From positions 1 through 64,000 of IMG/VR virus record IMGVR_UViG_3300037961_004224: a stretch of 64,000 nt of DNA; one strand, written 5' to 3'. This DNA comes from a virus. The notes below the pieces were generated by a model that did not search any database, was not told the DNA's origin, and was given only the letters and a program-made list of their open reading frames with translations. Made by a program: the position numbers and the translations under genes. Shown here one piece after another: positions 47,002 through 57,424 of this stretch; position 1 is the first letter of the stretch, and every line of letters begins with the position of its first letter.

Positions 47002-48090
47002 ATGGGTATTCCAATAGTATACTTTAGAAGTAGTTCTTTTAATTGCCACAGAACTTGTCCCATGCAATTTTATACAGAGTATGTGCTGGGACTTAGAGGG
47101 TTAGGTAATAAGAAAGCAGATAAAGGTACAATAACCCATAAAATACTTGAGATAACAGCACTTTGTAAAAAGGCATCCCAAGACGGTATTAAAGTTATTG
47201 ATGATGAAGATATTGGTGAAGTTTTTACCGATAACTATGACCCTGAATATTTAAATTCTATAGGTATCAGGGTTTATGAATACTACAAAAATATATTTAA
47301 TTACCACAAAGGGAAAAATGCTTGGAGAGATAGAGACTTTGAAGACTGCATGGGCTGGGCTTGGAAGGCTCTGAAATACAAAGATGGCATGTACGACCCA
47401 AGAAAAAGAAATGTTGTAGATGCAGAGCCACATTTTGATTTTGAAATACAAAAAGAATGGGCCAAATATGATTACCCAGAGTATGATTTAAAGGGCTACT
47501 TATCATTGAAGGGTACTATTGATTTAGTGGCAGATATTGGGGACGGTGTGTATGAAGTGATTGACTGGAAAACAGGACAAAGAAAAGACTGGGCTACAGG
47601 TAAAGAGTATAATCAAGGAAATTTATTTAATAATCCACAGCTTAGAATGTATCATTACGCATGTAAGAAGCTTTACCCTCAAGCTCACACGTTTCTAATG
47701 ACCATTTACTTTATAAATACTGGCGGTCCATTCACTGTACATTTCCAAGACTCTGACTTAGAGCAGACAGAAGAGATTTTGAAAAAAAGATTTGAAGAGA
47801 TAAGAAATACAGATCAGCCAAATATTCTACCAAGAATAAGACCTAAAGATAGTTGGAAATGCAGAACAATGTGTGATGCTGGAAAGACTACATTTCAAGG
47901 AACGAACATTGAGCCAATTAAAGAACATCGTCCCGGACAAAGAACAAAGTATGGGGAAGTCATGAGCAAATGCGAACAGGTCAGATACATGATAAAATTA
48001 AAAGGAATTGATTGGGTGACTAACAATTACATGTCACCGGGGCATACTATTGGAAGATACGGTTCTGGTGGGGGAAAGGTTCAGGATTGA
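47002..48090 (+). CDS. PD-(D/E)XK RecB/Cas4-like exonuclease
   Basis: CHRTCP, KGTITH, GTIDL, VIDWKTG, QLRMY, C-terminal CRTMC. Confidence 0.85.
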   Translation: MGIPIVYFRSSSFNCHRTCPMQFYTEYVLGLRGLGNKKADKGTITHKILEITALCKKASQDGIKVIDDEDIGEVFTDNYDPEYLNSIGIRVYEYYKNIFNYHKGKNAWRDRDFEDCMGWAWKALKYKDGMYDPRKRNVVDAEPHFDFEIQKEWAKYDYPEYDLKGYLSLKGTIDLVADIGDGVYEVIDWKTGQRKDWATGKEYNQGNLFNNPQLRMYHYACKKLYPQAHTFLMTIYFINTGGPFTVHFQDSDLEQTEEILKKRFEEIRNTDQPNILPRIRPKDSWKCRTMCDAGKTTFQGTNIEPIKEHRPGQRTKYGEVMSKCEQVRYMIKLKGIDWVTNNYMSPGHTIGRYGSGGGKVQD

Positions 48091-49979
48091 TGAGATATAC
48101 TCCGCTACACGTTCATTCAGAATACAGCCTTCTTGATGGCCTAAGCAAATGTGAAGATATAGCAAAAAGATTGGAAGTTATAGGTTCTAATGCTTGTGCA
48201 TTGACAGATCATGGTTCAGTTTCTGGTGCTGTTGACTTTTCTAAACAAGCCAAATCTAATGGTATGCGTCCTCTATTGGGGTGTGAGCTTTATGTTTGTC
48301 CTGATGGGCAGGCAACAAACAGAACTAAAGAAAATAGCAAACTAGTACATCAACCCGTTATAGCAAAAAACTTTAAAGGATGGAAAGATCTACTAAAGAT
48401 AGTTTCTTCATCAAACAAAAAAGAGCATTTTTATCATAAGCCCAGAATAGACATGGAAATTATGTCTGAGGTGGCAAGCAATAAAAATTTAATTTGTTTC
48501 AGTGGTCATCTAGGATCAGTGTTGTCAAATGCTATTTGTAATGGAGATGAGCTTGACCCAGATTGGATGAAAAAGGGAAAAGCTATGGCAGAAAGACTTA
48601 GGTCGATGTTTGGCAAGGAAAACTTTTTTATTGAAATACAACTAATAGATTCTAGAATAAATACATTTGCAGCAACTGTCTCCGGTGCATTAAGAGATAT
48701 TTCAAAGGCCACTAAGATACCCTGTGTAGCAACTCCAGACGCACATTACTGCTCTAGGGAAGATGCAGAGGATCAACGTGTACTCTTATGTACGTACTTT
48801 AAAAAGAATATATCTCAGATACAAAGAGAAATAAAACAAGGGACCGCAAATCAATCATTAATAACATTTTTTAAATCAGATAATTACCACATACCTTCAT
48901 ATGAAGATATGAAAGAATTTCATACAGATGAAGAACTACAAAACACAAATCTTATAGTTGATATGTGTGAAGATTATGATATTCTTAAATCACCAGAACC
49001 ACCTCAATTTGTTTGTCCAGATGGGATGTCTCCAGAAGAGTATCTCAGGAAACTTAACAGAGATGGCTGGAATAGAAAAATGCGTCATGTTGAAAAAAAT
49101 AGTGATGAGTTTATTGAATATGGTAAAAGGGTAAATAATGAGCTTGATGTCTTTACTTCTATTGGGCTTTCTAGCTATTTTCTTATTGTCGATGACATTC
49201 TTAATTTCGTTAGAAGCAAGGGATATATTACCGGCCCCGGAAGAGGTTCTGCTGCTGGTTGTATGGTTTCTAATCTACTGGGCATTACTCAGGTAGATCC
49301 AGTACCTTATAATCTTATCTTTGAAAGATTTTACAATGCAGGCAGAAATGCTCCCGGTAAAATATCTTGGCCTGATATTGACTTTGATATACCAAAAGCT
49401 GCTAGAGAAGAAACAATCGAATACATTAAAAGTAAATATGGAGAAGAGTGTGTTGCACAAATACAAACATTCCAAACACTAAAGGGAAAAGCTTCATTAA
49501 CAAGAGTAATGGGTGCTCGTGGCAATATCTCATTTGACGAACAAAAAGCTATTACAAAGTGCTTGCAAGATGAAGCAAAGGTATCTGATGAACTTAAAGA
49601 TATTGAAGAAGAATATGGATATTCATCTAGCATTTTATGGGCACTTGAAAATACACCCGATAAACTAAAACAGTGGTGTCATATAGGAAAAGAAGGAAAG
49701 CTAGAAGGAAGGCTTGCAAAAATATTTGAGCAAGCGATTAGGATTGAGCATACAAAAATTATTGCAGGCACACATGCTGCTGGTATTGTTATTTCGAGTA
49801 ACCCCATTAGTGATTCATGCCCTATGGTATTAGACAGTAAAGGGAAAAGTTATCGTGCTGGATTTGACGGCCCTAGCTGCGAAGATTCAGGGCTACTTAA
49901 ACTTGATTGTCTTGCAATTCGCGGATTAGATAAGGTAATGGATGTGGTTAATATAGTTGGTGGTGAAGACCTATGCTAA
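48087..49979 (+). CDS. dnaE: DNA polymerase III alpha, N-terminal part (PHP + palm)
   Basis: HVHSEYSLLDG, LTDHG, DAHY, GRGSAAG, FERFYN, PDIDFD, HAAGIVI, LLKLDCL. Confidence 0.93.
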   Translation: MMRYTPLHVHSEYSLLDGLSKCEDIAKRLEVIGSNACALTDHGSVSGAVDFSKQAKSNGMRPLLGCELYVCPDGQATNRTKENSKLVHQPVIAKNFKGWKDLLKIVSSSNKKEHFYHKPRIDMEIMSEVASNKNLICFSGHLGSVLSNAICNGDELDPDWMKKGKAMAERLRSMFGKENFFIEIQLIDSRINTFAATVSGALRDISKATKIPCVATPDAHYCSREDAEDQRVLLCTYFKKNISQIQREIKQGTANQSLITFFKSDNYHIPSYEDMKEFHTDEELQNTNLIVDMCEDYDILKSPEPPQFVCPDGMSPEEYLRKLNRDGWNRKMRHVEKNSDEFIEYGKRVNNELDVFTSIGLSSYFLIVDDILNFVRSKGYITGPGRGSAAGCMVSNLLGITQVDPVPYNLIFERFYNAGRNAPGKISWPDIDFDIPKAAREETIEYIKSKYGEECVAQIQTFQTLKGKASLTRVMGARGNISFDEQKAITKCLQDEAKVSDELKDIEEEYGYSSSILWALENTPDKLKQWCHIGKEGKLEGRLAKIFEQAIRIEHTKIIAGTHAAGIVISSNPISDSCPMVLDSKGKSYRAGFDGPSCEDSGLLKLDCLAIRGLDKVMDVVNIVGGEDLC

Positions 49980-49998
49980 TAAACAAGGAGCAAATTAT

Positions 49999-50691
49999 AT
50001 GAAGAATAATCGTTGGATAATATGTTTTGATTTTGAAACTGATCTTCCAGATAAGGACTTGTGCAACCCTGTCCAATTGGCAGCGGTTCCAATTGACCCA
50101 GAAACATTAGAAGTTAAAAAAGATCAAGCTTTTAATGCTATGATAAAACCAGAAGGAATTGATAAACCAGAATACTTTGATGTTCCTAAAAGAGAGGCGA
50201 CTATAAATTGGCACGCACAAAACTATGGAATTACATACGAGGAAGTCATTGAAAAATGGAAAACTGGTGTTTCTGAAAAGGTTGCTTGGAAAAACTTTGC
50301 AACCTATTGCAAAAAATACACCGTAGACAAAAAACCCGGACAATGGTTTCCAGAACCAATACCTGCGGGGTATAATATCACTGGGTTCGATATTCCAATC
50401 GCTGAGAGGTTGTGCAAAAAGCATAAAATTAAAATGCCATTCTCATCAGTAACAAAATTAGATGCTATGGATAATTTATTCTGGTGGTTTGAAAATCTAG
50501 AAGAACCATATGATTTTAAAATGGATACTTGGAGAAAGTTCTTTGGAATTAAAATGAAAGGTGGAATAGCACATGACGCACTGACTGATGTTTTTGAAGA
50601 GTCTGCTATTGTTACTAGATTTATGAAGTTTCATAGAAAACAATCTTCTGTTGGTAAATTTAAAGGAAGCTTTGCGAATGTCTCGATATAG
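49999..50691 (+). CDS. DEDDh 3'-5' exonuclease (epsilon-like proofreading)
   Basis: FDFET, GYNITGFDIP, LDAM, AHDALTD. Confidence 0.88.
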   Translation: MKNNRWIICFDFETDLPDKDLCNPVQLAAVPIDPETLEVKKDQAFNAMIKPEGIDKPEYFDVPKREATINWHAQNYGITYEEVIEKWKTGVSEKVAWKNFATYCKKYTVDKKPGQWFPEPIPAGYNITGFDIPIAERLCKKHKIKMPFSSVTKLDAMDNLFWWFENLEEPYDFKMDTWRKFFGIKMKGGIAHDALTDVFEESAIVTRFMKFHRKQSSVGKFKGSFANVSI

Positions 50692-50965
50692 GTTAGCATT
50701 GGCAATTATTTTTGTTTTGCTTTGTATAGTAGACAATATATTTACATATGAAGTAACAAGATGGCCTTTATACCAAGAAATAGCACCGGTCGCAGTCCTC
50801 ATGCTTTCAATACCATACGGACTTTGGATTCAAAAGTTTTGTGTGTGTCTGGGTTTGTATTATTTTAGAGAGAAGATTAGTAATCAATTTTTGTGTGTTT
50901 TAAACGCAGCTATGCTGTTCATAGTTTGCAACAACGGCTACTTATATTGTAGGGTAATATTTTAA
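50678..50965 (+). CDS. small multi-TM membrane protein
   Basis: Three hydrophobic segments. Confidence 0.55.
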   Translation: MSRYRLALAIIFVLLCIVDNIFTYEVTRWPLYQEIAPVAVLMLSIPYGLWIQKFCVCLGLYYFREKISNQFLCVLNAAMLFIVCNNGYLYCRVIF

Positions 50966-51294
50966 TGTATGAATATAATGCTAAAGTTGATCGTGTTGTT
51001 GATGGAGACACTGTAGACTTTATTGTTGATCTTGGATTTAATATCAATATAAAGATCAGGACTAGACTGATTGGTGTTGACACACCAGAAAGAGGACATC
51101 CAGACTGGAAAAAGGCAACAGCCGAATGTGCAAGATTGCTTTCTTCTGTAGCAGATATTCACAGTGCTTCTATTGGAAAACCAGAACACTGGGTAAAAAT
51201 AAAAACAACGAAAACAGGGAAATATGGTCGTTGGCTTGTAGAAGTTGATGGTGTAACAGATAAATTAGCAGAGACTTGGCCCTATGAAAAATAA
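50965..51294 (+). CDS. thermonuclease (SNase)-like protein
   Basis: RVVDGDTVD, RLIGVDTPE, GKYGRWL. Confidence 0.85.
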   Translation: MYEYNAKVDRVVDGDTVDFIVDLGFNINIKIRTRLIGVDTPERGHPDWKKATAECARLLSSVADIHSASIGKPEHWVKIKTTKTGKYGRWLVEVDGVTDKLAETWPYEK

Positions 51295-52921
51295 CTATAT
51301 TGAGTTCCCATGTGGTTGTAAGTTTGAAAAAAACTCAAAAGGTCTTCCAATATTCAATCCTAACATTGAAGCACTGCCATTGCATTGTGAAAGAACTTGG
51401 GATATGATTTGCGAAGGGAATACCAAGGGTGTATTTCAGCTTGAATCTCAACTCGGTCAAAGCAAAGCAAAAGAAGTAAAGCCAAGAAGTATAGAAGAAC
51501 TATCAGATCTGATTGCAATCATCAGGCCGGGGTGTGGTGATGCAATTGTAGACGGTAAATCTCTTACCCAGCACTATATTGATCGTAAAGCAGGAAGAGA
51601 TGATGTCAAATACTTTGATCCCAGACTAAAACCAATATTAGAACCAACTTATGGAATCTTGGTATATCAAGAACAAGCTATGCAAATAGCACAACTGGTT
51701 GCTAATTTTTCTTTAGGACAAGCAGATAATCTTCGTAAGGCTATTGGTAAAAAGAATGTTGATCTTATGGCCAAGGTAAAGAAAGAATTTTTAGAAGGTG
51801 CTATTGCTCAAGGAAACTTTACTGAAAAAGATGCTGAAGAGATTTTTAGTTGGATCGAGAAGTCTCAAAAATACTCGTTTAACAAATCTCACTCAGTAAG
51901 TTACGCACTCAATGGATATCAAACTGCTTATGCCAAAGCCCATTTCCCTAGAGCTTTTTTCACCTCATATCTTCGTCATGCTGATGGTAAACCAAAGCCA
52001 TTTGAAGAAATAAATGAATTAGTAAATAACGCTAGACTTATGGATATAGACGTGCAACCACCTAGCATTGTTAATATGAACTCTAATTTTTGTTTAGTAA
52101 ATAAACTTCCAACATTTGGTCTAGTGAATGTTAAAAGCGTTGGTATGAGTGTGTTTAAGCAAATAGATGCAGTAGTAAAGCAAAATTCATATAATGTGTC
52201 TGATATGGGCTGGGATAAATTTTTAATGAAGGTTGGTAGGTATATTAAAAGTAATTCTTTTGAATCTATGATTAGAGCCGGTGTTTTTGATTGCTACAAG
52301 AAACAAAGAAATAAAATGCTTTATGACTTTAACATATATAAAGAGTTAAAAGATTTTGATAAAGACTATCTTACAAAAACAAAGTGTAAAACATTTGTAG
52401 AAGCTCTTGAAGATTTGATCCCATACATTAAAAAGACTAAAAGAGCTACAGTGCATACGGAAAGACATATTGAGCAAGTTAGAGGGTCAATATCAGCACT
52501 AAAATCCCCACCATATGAATTGATTGACAGGCCAGCTTGGAGGGCAAAGCAAGAGAGAGATTTGCTTGGCGTAGAAATAACATGCTCAGAAGTTGATGAG
52601 TATGATACAACAGATGGAAATTGCAGTTGTAGAGAATATGTAAAAGGTTTTGAATCTAATTACATAGCTATAGCAGCACAAATAAGTGACATTAGAGAAT
52701 GGAAGATCAGGGGCGGAAAACACAAGGGAGAGAAGATGGCATTCTTAAAAATTAGTGACAGTTCTTGTTCGCTTGATAATGTTACTGTTTTTTCAGAAGA
52801 CTGGCAAAAACTAAAAAGTAAAATTGTTATAGGTAAGATATTGCTTCTTAGAGGAAACAGAGATAAAAATCGAGGAAGTTTTTTAGTAAAACAAGCACAA
52901 AACCTAGAACAATGTATATAA
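51284..52921 (+). CDS. dnaE: DNA polymerase III alpha, C-terminal part (fingers/HhH/OB)
   Basis: TKGVFQLES, IRPG, TYGILVYQEQ, ADNLRKAIGKK, YSFNKSHS, C-terminal OB fold MAF..ISD. Confidence 0.93.
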   Translation: MKNNYIEFPCGCKFEKNSKGLPIFNPNIEALPLHCERTWDMICEGNTKGVFQLESQLGQSKAKEVKPRSIEELSDLIAIIRPGCGDAIVDGKSLTQHYIDRKAGRDDVKYFDPRLKPILEPTYGILVYQEQAMQIAQLVANFSLGQADNLRKAIGKKNVDLMAKVKKEFLEGAIAQGNFTEKDAEEIFSWIEKSQKYSFNKSHSVSYALNGYQTAYAKAHFPRAFFTSYLRHADGKPKPFEEINELVNNARLMDIDVQPPSIVNMNSNFCLVNKLPTFGLVNVKSVGMSVFKQIDAVVKQNSYNVSDMGWDKFLMKVGRYIKSNSFESMIRAGVFDCYKKQRNKMLYDFNIYKELKDFDKDYLTKTKCKTFVEALEDLIPYIKKTKRATVHTERHIEQVRGSISALKSPPYELIDRPAWRAKQERDLLGVEITCSEVDEYDTTDGNCSCREYVKGFESNYIAIAAQISDIREWKIRGGKHKGEKMAFLKISDSSCSLDNVTVFSEDWQKLKSKIVIGKILLLRGNRDKNRGSFLVKQAQNLEQCI

Positions 52922-52934
52922 TAAGGATATATAA

Positions 52935-53381
52935 ATGGACGAATTGATAGAAAAAAATATGGGGCTTGTTGTCTCAATAGTAAATTCTTTTGGACCCAAG
53001 AATCATACTGAGCGTCAAGATTTAATGGACGCAGGCAGAATAGGGCTTTGGAAAGCTTTACAAAAATATAACAGAGAAAATGGTCACTTGATTTCTACCT
53101 ATGCTTGGAGACCAATAAGGTGGTCAATAATTAGGGAGATAAAGAGCAGGAAAAAATTCGTATCTATAGAAAATATAGCATCTCCAGTTGTTGAATCAAA
53201 ACAAAACTTATGGGAATGTTATACTGATGATATGTCACCTGAAGAACAAATCTTAATTGATTTAAGAAAAGAAGGATATAAATTTCATGAAATATGTGAC
53301 ATTCTAGATGAAACTCCTTCTAAAGTAAAAAATAAATTTTATAAACTTATAAAAAGATTAAGAGAAGCAAATGCAACGTAA
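52935..53381 (+). CDS. phage RNA polymerase sigma factor (sigma70 family, regions 2 and 4)
   Basis: QDLMDAGRIGLWKALQKYN...STYA..PIRWSI; C-terminal HTH. Confidence 0.85.
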   Translation: MDELIEKNMGLVVSIVNSFGPKNHTERQDLMDAGRIGLWKALQKYNRENGHLISTYAWRPIRWSIIREIKSRKKFVSIENIASPVVESKQNLWECYTDDMSPEEQILIDLRKEGYKFHEICDILDETPSKVKNKFYKLIKRLREANAT

Positions 53382-55017
53382 GAAAAGAATACTCTTTGTA
53401 ACTGAATCTCATAAACTAGCTTCTGGATTTGGGACTTATGCAAAAGAGATACTGAACAGAATATACAAAACTGGTAAGTATGAAATAGCAGAATTCGGCT
53501 GCTATATGAGTCCTATCGAGAATGAATCAACGGATTGGTTGATATATGGAAATGCTCCAATGCCTCATGAAGAGGAATATCGCAAAGAGCATACCTCCAA
53601 TCCAAATGTGCAATGGGGGATTGCTAGATTTGAACATGCTGTCTTAGACTTTAAGCCAGACATAGTTGTTACCTATAGAGATCCTTGGATGGATGCGTAC
53701 ATAGCTGACAGCGTACTGCTTCCCTTTTTTCACTGGGTTTGGATGCCAACAGTAGATAGCGAACCTCAAAAAAATGAATGGCTATATTGGTTTAATAAAT
53801 GTGATGGGTTAATGGCATATTCTGAATATGGTATCAGAACACTAGAAAACCAAACACATGGAAGATTAAAGGTAACAGATTGTGCATCGCCAGCTATTGA
53901 TCCAAATACTTTTAATATAATCCCAAATAAAGCAAAGCACAAACAAAGTATGGGAATTGATCCAGATAGCTTTATAGTTGGAACAGTGATGCGTAATCAG
54001 AAAAGAAAAATGTTCCCAGACCTTATAAAAAGCTTCAAAATGTTTCTTGAAAATGCACCAAAAGAAATAGCGGAAAAATCTTTTCTTTATCTACACACTA
54101 GTTACCCAGAAAAAATGGGATGGGATATAACATCGTTAGTACACGAGTATGGAATAGGATCAAAAATTCTTGTAACTTATACTTGTAAGGCATGTAAAAA
54201 GTATTTTTGTTCTAATTATAGAGATGCCATAACTCAGTGTAACCACTGTGGAAAAACTGCTGCAACAATGCCGGGAGTCACTAACGGTCTAGACCATTCC
54301 GACCTACCTAATATATATAACTTGATGGATTTGTACGTGCAATATGCAATCTGTGAAGGCTTTGGTATGCCTCAAGTAGAAGCCGCAGCGTGTGGGACAC
54401 CAATAGCGTCTATTGATTATAGTGCTATGGAAGATGTTGTTAAGCACTGTAAAGGATATCCTATCAAGCCAAATCTTCAAAGAGAAATGGAAACAAACGC
54501 ACAAAGATCGGGCCATAATAACGAAGAATTAGCAAAGATTATGCTAAAATGTGCTTCTCAAAATGACGCACAAAGAAAAAAACAAAGGCTTGAAACAAGG
54601 AAAGGCTGTATTTCAAGGTATACTTGGGATAAAGCTGCAAAAAGCTGGGAAAAATATTTTGATAGTGTTGAAAGAACAAAGCCACTAGAAGGACAATGGG
54701 ATGCTCCAAGGCTCATGCGTCCTGTACCAAATGAAATGCCTAAACAACATATAAACAACCAGCAGTTTTCAGAGTGGATTTATAATGATGTAGTGCAAGA
54801 TGATTCAGAAAAATTTTCATACAAAATGCTCTTCATGATAAGAAATTTAAATTTTGGAGCTAGAATTGGTGGCGACATGTCTCCCTACACTAAAGAGAAT
54901 GCTTTTAACGATTCTAAACATTTGGCAAATAGAAGACTTTACTTTGATACAATTAGGTGTGAAGGATTGCAACCGCAAGATTTTATAATTCAAGCACATA
55001 ACAGGATTAAGAAATGA
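53371..55017 (+). CDS. GT4-like glycosyltransferase with Cys-cluster insertion
   Basis: SGFGTYA, RNQKRK.FPDL, CEGFGMPQVEAAACG, YTWDKAA; insert CKAC...CNHC. Confidence 0.85.
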   Translation: MQRKKRILFVTESHKLASGFGTYAKEILNRIYKTGKYEIAEFGCYMSPIENESTDWLIYGNAPMPHEEEYRKEHTSNPNVQWGIARFEHAVLDFKPDIVVTYRDPWMDAYIADSVLLPFFHWVWMPTVDSEPQKNEWLYWFNKCDGLMAYSEYGIRTLENQTHGRLKVTDCASPAIDPNTFNIIPNKAKHKQSMGIDPDSFIVGTVMRNQKRKMFPDLIKSFKMFLENAPKEIAEKSFLYLHTSYPEKMGWDITSLVHEYGIGSKILVTYTCKACKKYFCSNYRDAITQCNHCGKTAATMPGVTNGLDHSDLPNIYNLMDLYVQYAICEGFGMPQVEAAACGTPIASIDYSAMEDVVKHCKGYPIKPNLQREMETNAQRSGHNNEELAKIMLKCASQNDAQRKKQRLETRKGCISRYTWDKAAKSWEKYFDSVERTKPLEGQWDAPRLMRPVPNEMPKQHINNQQFSEWIYNDVVQDDSEKFSYKMLFMIRNLNFGARIGGDMSPYTKENAFNDSKHLANRRLYFDTIRCEGLQPQDFIIQAHNRIKK

Positions 55018-56102
55018 ATGTATTTTATGTCGGCCCCTATAGACAATCTGACGGATGGGGAATAGCCAGTAGAAGCCTCGCTAAAATTATATCACAGCAA
55101 GAAGGTATTGATCTTACTTGCAGGCCAATATGGTATAATTTAAATTCGTTACAACAAGATATAGGGATTCTTGAAGCTTGCGAAAATAAAAAGCTAGAAA
55201 AAAAAGAAACTCTAATACAATTTGGATTGCCTCAATATTTAAATTATAATGGAGATTTTAAAAGGAATATAGCTGCTACTATTGTTGATTGTAGAATTGA
55301 TAATATGGGTTGGGTTGCTAACTTAAATCTATTTGATGAGATATTAGTATTTTCTAAAAATGAAAAAACAATACTTGAAGAATCAGGTATAAAAAGTAAC
55401 ATTCGCAATTTGAATGCTTTGCCAATCGAATTACATGAGCCAATAACAGAGTTTGATGTGGATGAATTTGGGCCGCTGTATACCTTCTACACAAATGCTG
55501 GCTTAGGAACTAATTCAGGTCTCAGAGAAACAATCGTTGCGTTTCTTTCTTCCTTTACAGCACTAGATAATCAAGTATTAGTAATATTTTGCAATGAACA
55601 AAACTCACAACAAATATCGGAAGAAATAGATTTAATAAAAAAATCACTAAATATATTTGGCAATATAAATGATATGTATCCAAGAATAGGTATAATCAAG
55701 GCAGAAGATCAATCTTTAATTAATCATGCTCATTCAACATTTGACTGCTTTATTGATTTATCATATAATTCATCATTAACCTACCAGACTATTCATGCGT
55801 TTTCTAAAAACCGACCTGCAATTTTGCTGGATACTTGCAAAGATCAAATTGGTGAAGATTATGGGTTGCTTGTAAAATCAATTGAAGAGCCTTCATTCAC
55901 TCAACAAAGACCAGTAAAGGGTATGTATTCTGGAGAGCAAGCTTGGTCAAAACCCAAAATACAAGACATAAAAAACAAAATGATTTCTGTAAGCAGCGAT
56001 AATACTATAGCAGACAAAGCAAAAGAAGTAATATACAAATTTAATTCAAATTATAGTTTTGGCAATAATCAAAAAATAAAAGAGATTTTATGTATCCAAT
56101 AG
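55014..56102 (+). CDS. glycosyltransferase-like protein
   Basis: GPYRQSDGWGIASR GT4-type N-terminus; degenerate C-terminal motif. Confidence 0.6.
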   Translation: MNVFYVGPYRQSDGWGIASRSLAKIISQQEGIDLTCRPIWYNLNSLQQDIGILEACENKKLEKKETLIQFGLPQYLNYNGDFKRNIAATIVDCRIDNMGWVANLNLFDEILVFSKNEKTILEESGIKSNIRNLNALPIELHEPITEFDVDEFGPLYTFYTNAGLGTNSGLRETIVAFLSSFTALDNQVLVIFCNEQNSQQISEEIDLIKKSLNIFGNINDMYPRIGIIKAEDQSLINHAHSTFDCFIDLSYNSSLTYQTIHAFSKNRPAILLDTCKDQIGEDYGLLVKSIEEPSFTQQRPVKGMYSGEQAWSKPKIQDIKNKMISVSSDNTIADKAKEVIYKFNSNYSFGNNQKIKEILCIQ

Positions 56103-57031
56103 AGAATATAATTAGAAACGCAGAGAAAAAAGATAGTAAAGATCGTCTATCAATATTAATAGTAAACGATGGAAATGATCGTTACATACAGTCTATGGCA
56201 AAAAAATTGAGTCATGATTTCTATCTAGTTGATAACATTACGGGAAGCGGAAGACAATGGAAAAGCAAAGTCAGGCCAGAAAACCTATCCCTGCTTAATG
56301 ATTTATCTCAAATTCCTAGTAGGTATGTAGATGCAATAATTGTTTTCAACAGAACTAATGAATACGAAAAAGCAGATTTTATTTCAAAAAATTTTTCTGT
56401 CCCACTTATAGTTATTGATACAGTTACAAGTCAGCATAAAGTATGTGTTCCGTTTGGTGCTTCGACCAATATTGAAAATCCATCTCATATCTTAAATAGA
56501 AATATTGACACATGCGTTGCACTGAACGATACTATATTGCGTAGTTGGATAAACAATAATTCATCTTTATGTGTAAAGATCAACCATCTTCCAAATAATA
56601 TAAAACGAGATCAAAACTCTAATCTTGTATTGTTAGACCCAGAATTAGATCGTAACTATTTGGGCAGCATGGGAGTTAATTTTCAAAATGAGATTTACAC
56701 TAATGATCCTGAGAAGGCTTGTGTATATCTAAACATGTGGCAAAGCGTAACCCCTCTGATGATAGATTGTATGCACAACGGCATACCTGTTGCAACCATT
56801 GCTAATAATGAGTTTGAAGATCTTATAAAGAAAGAATGTTGCATTGTAATAGATAATCTAACTTTATTTAATGACCCTAACAATGTAACAAATTTGCTTC
56901 AATTTCAAAAATTACAGAATGTAATAGATAATGCAAAATCATATTTTGAGTATGAAGAGCAGGATTTTAAAAATAAATGGAATAATATTATTAATCATGT
57001 ATGCAACAAAATATTTATGGGAGTACGATAA
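56090..57031 (+). CDS. degenerate glycosyltransferase-like protein
   Basis: PLMIDCMHNGIPV acceptor-like motif. Confidence 0.45.
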   Translation: MYPIENIIRNAEKKDSKDRLSILIVNDGNDRYIQSMAKKLSHDFYLVDNITGSGRQWKSKVRPENLSLLNDLSQIPSRYVDAIIVFNRTNEYEKADFISKNFSVPLIVIDTVTSQHKVCVPFGASTNIENPSHILNRNIDTCVALNDTILRSWINNNSSLCVKINHLPNNIKRDQNSNLVLLDPELDRNYLGSMGVNFQNEIYTNDPEKACVYLNMWQSVTPLMIDCMHNGIPVATIANNEFEDLIKKECCIVIDNLTLFNDPNNVTNLLQFQKLQNVIDNAKSYFEYEEQDFKNKWNNIINHVCNKIFMGVR

Positions 57032-57424
57032 GTGATAAGTAAGAAAATTAATTTGGTGATTGATAAGGTGAATCAGTCAGATTTTACTGAAGAAGATCTT
57101 CAAAATGCACCCGATGGGTTCTTTGAAGAAATATTCGTTTCAGACTTGCTTGAATTGTCAAAGAATAACGCAATCATAGACGATGTTATAAAAAAGGTAA
57201 GGAAAAATGGAATTGTCAAGTTAAATGGCGTTGATGGAATTGATATGTGTCGCAAAAGTTACTACGGAGAAACACCAATCGAAGAATGCTCAATGTATTT
57301 TGGTGCAGTAAACAGGATTAACTCTGTAATTTCAATTAAGAAATATTTTGAAAAAATAGGATGGCAAATCAATTTTGCTGGAATAAACTCAGGAAGATAT
57401 TTTGTGGAGGCAAAAAGAAAATGA
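57032..57424 (+). CDS. hypothetical protein (possible methyltransferase fragment)
   Basis: KVRKNGIVKL.G.D pattern only. Confidence 0.35.
   Translation: MISKKINLVIDKVNQSDFTEEDLQNAPDGFFEEIFVSDLLELSKNNAIIDDVIKKVRKNGIVKLNGVDGIDMCRKSYYGETPIEECSMYFGAVNRINSVISIKKYFEKIGWQINFAGINSGRYFVEAKRK

Noticed and set aside
47002-48090. Cas4-like nuclease as part of a CRISPR system
   Set aside because: No repeat-spacer array or other cas genes are seen. The replication-cluster context fits an ordinary phage RecB-like exonuclease.
49900-51420. Split intein or stop-codon recoding to explain the two dnaE parts
   Set aside because: No intein motifs at the junction ends. Three complete genes lie between the parts, and all other conserved genes are full length in code 11.
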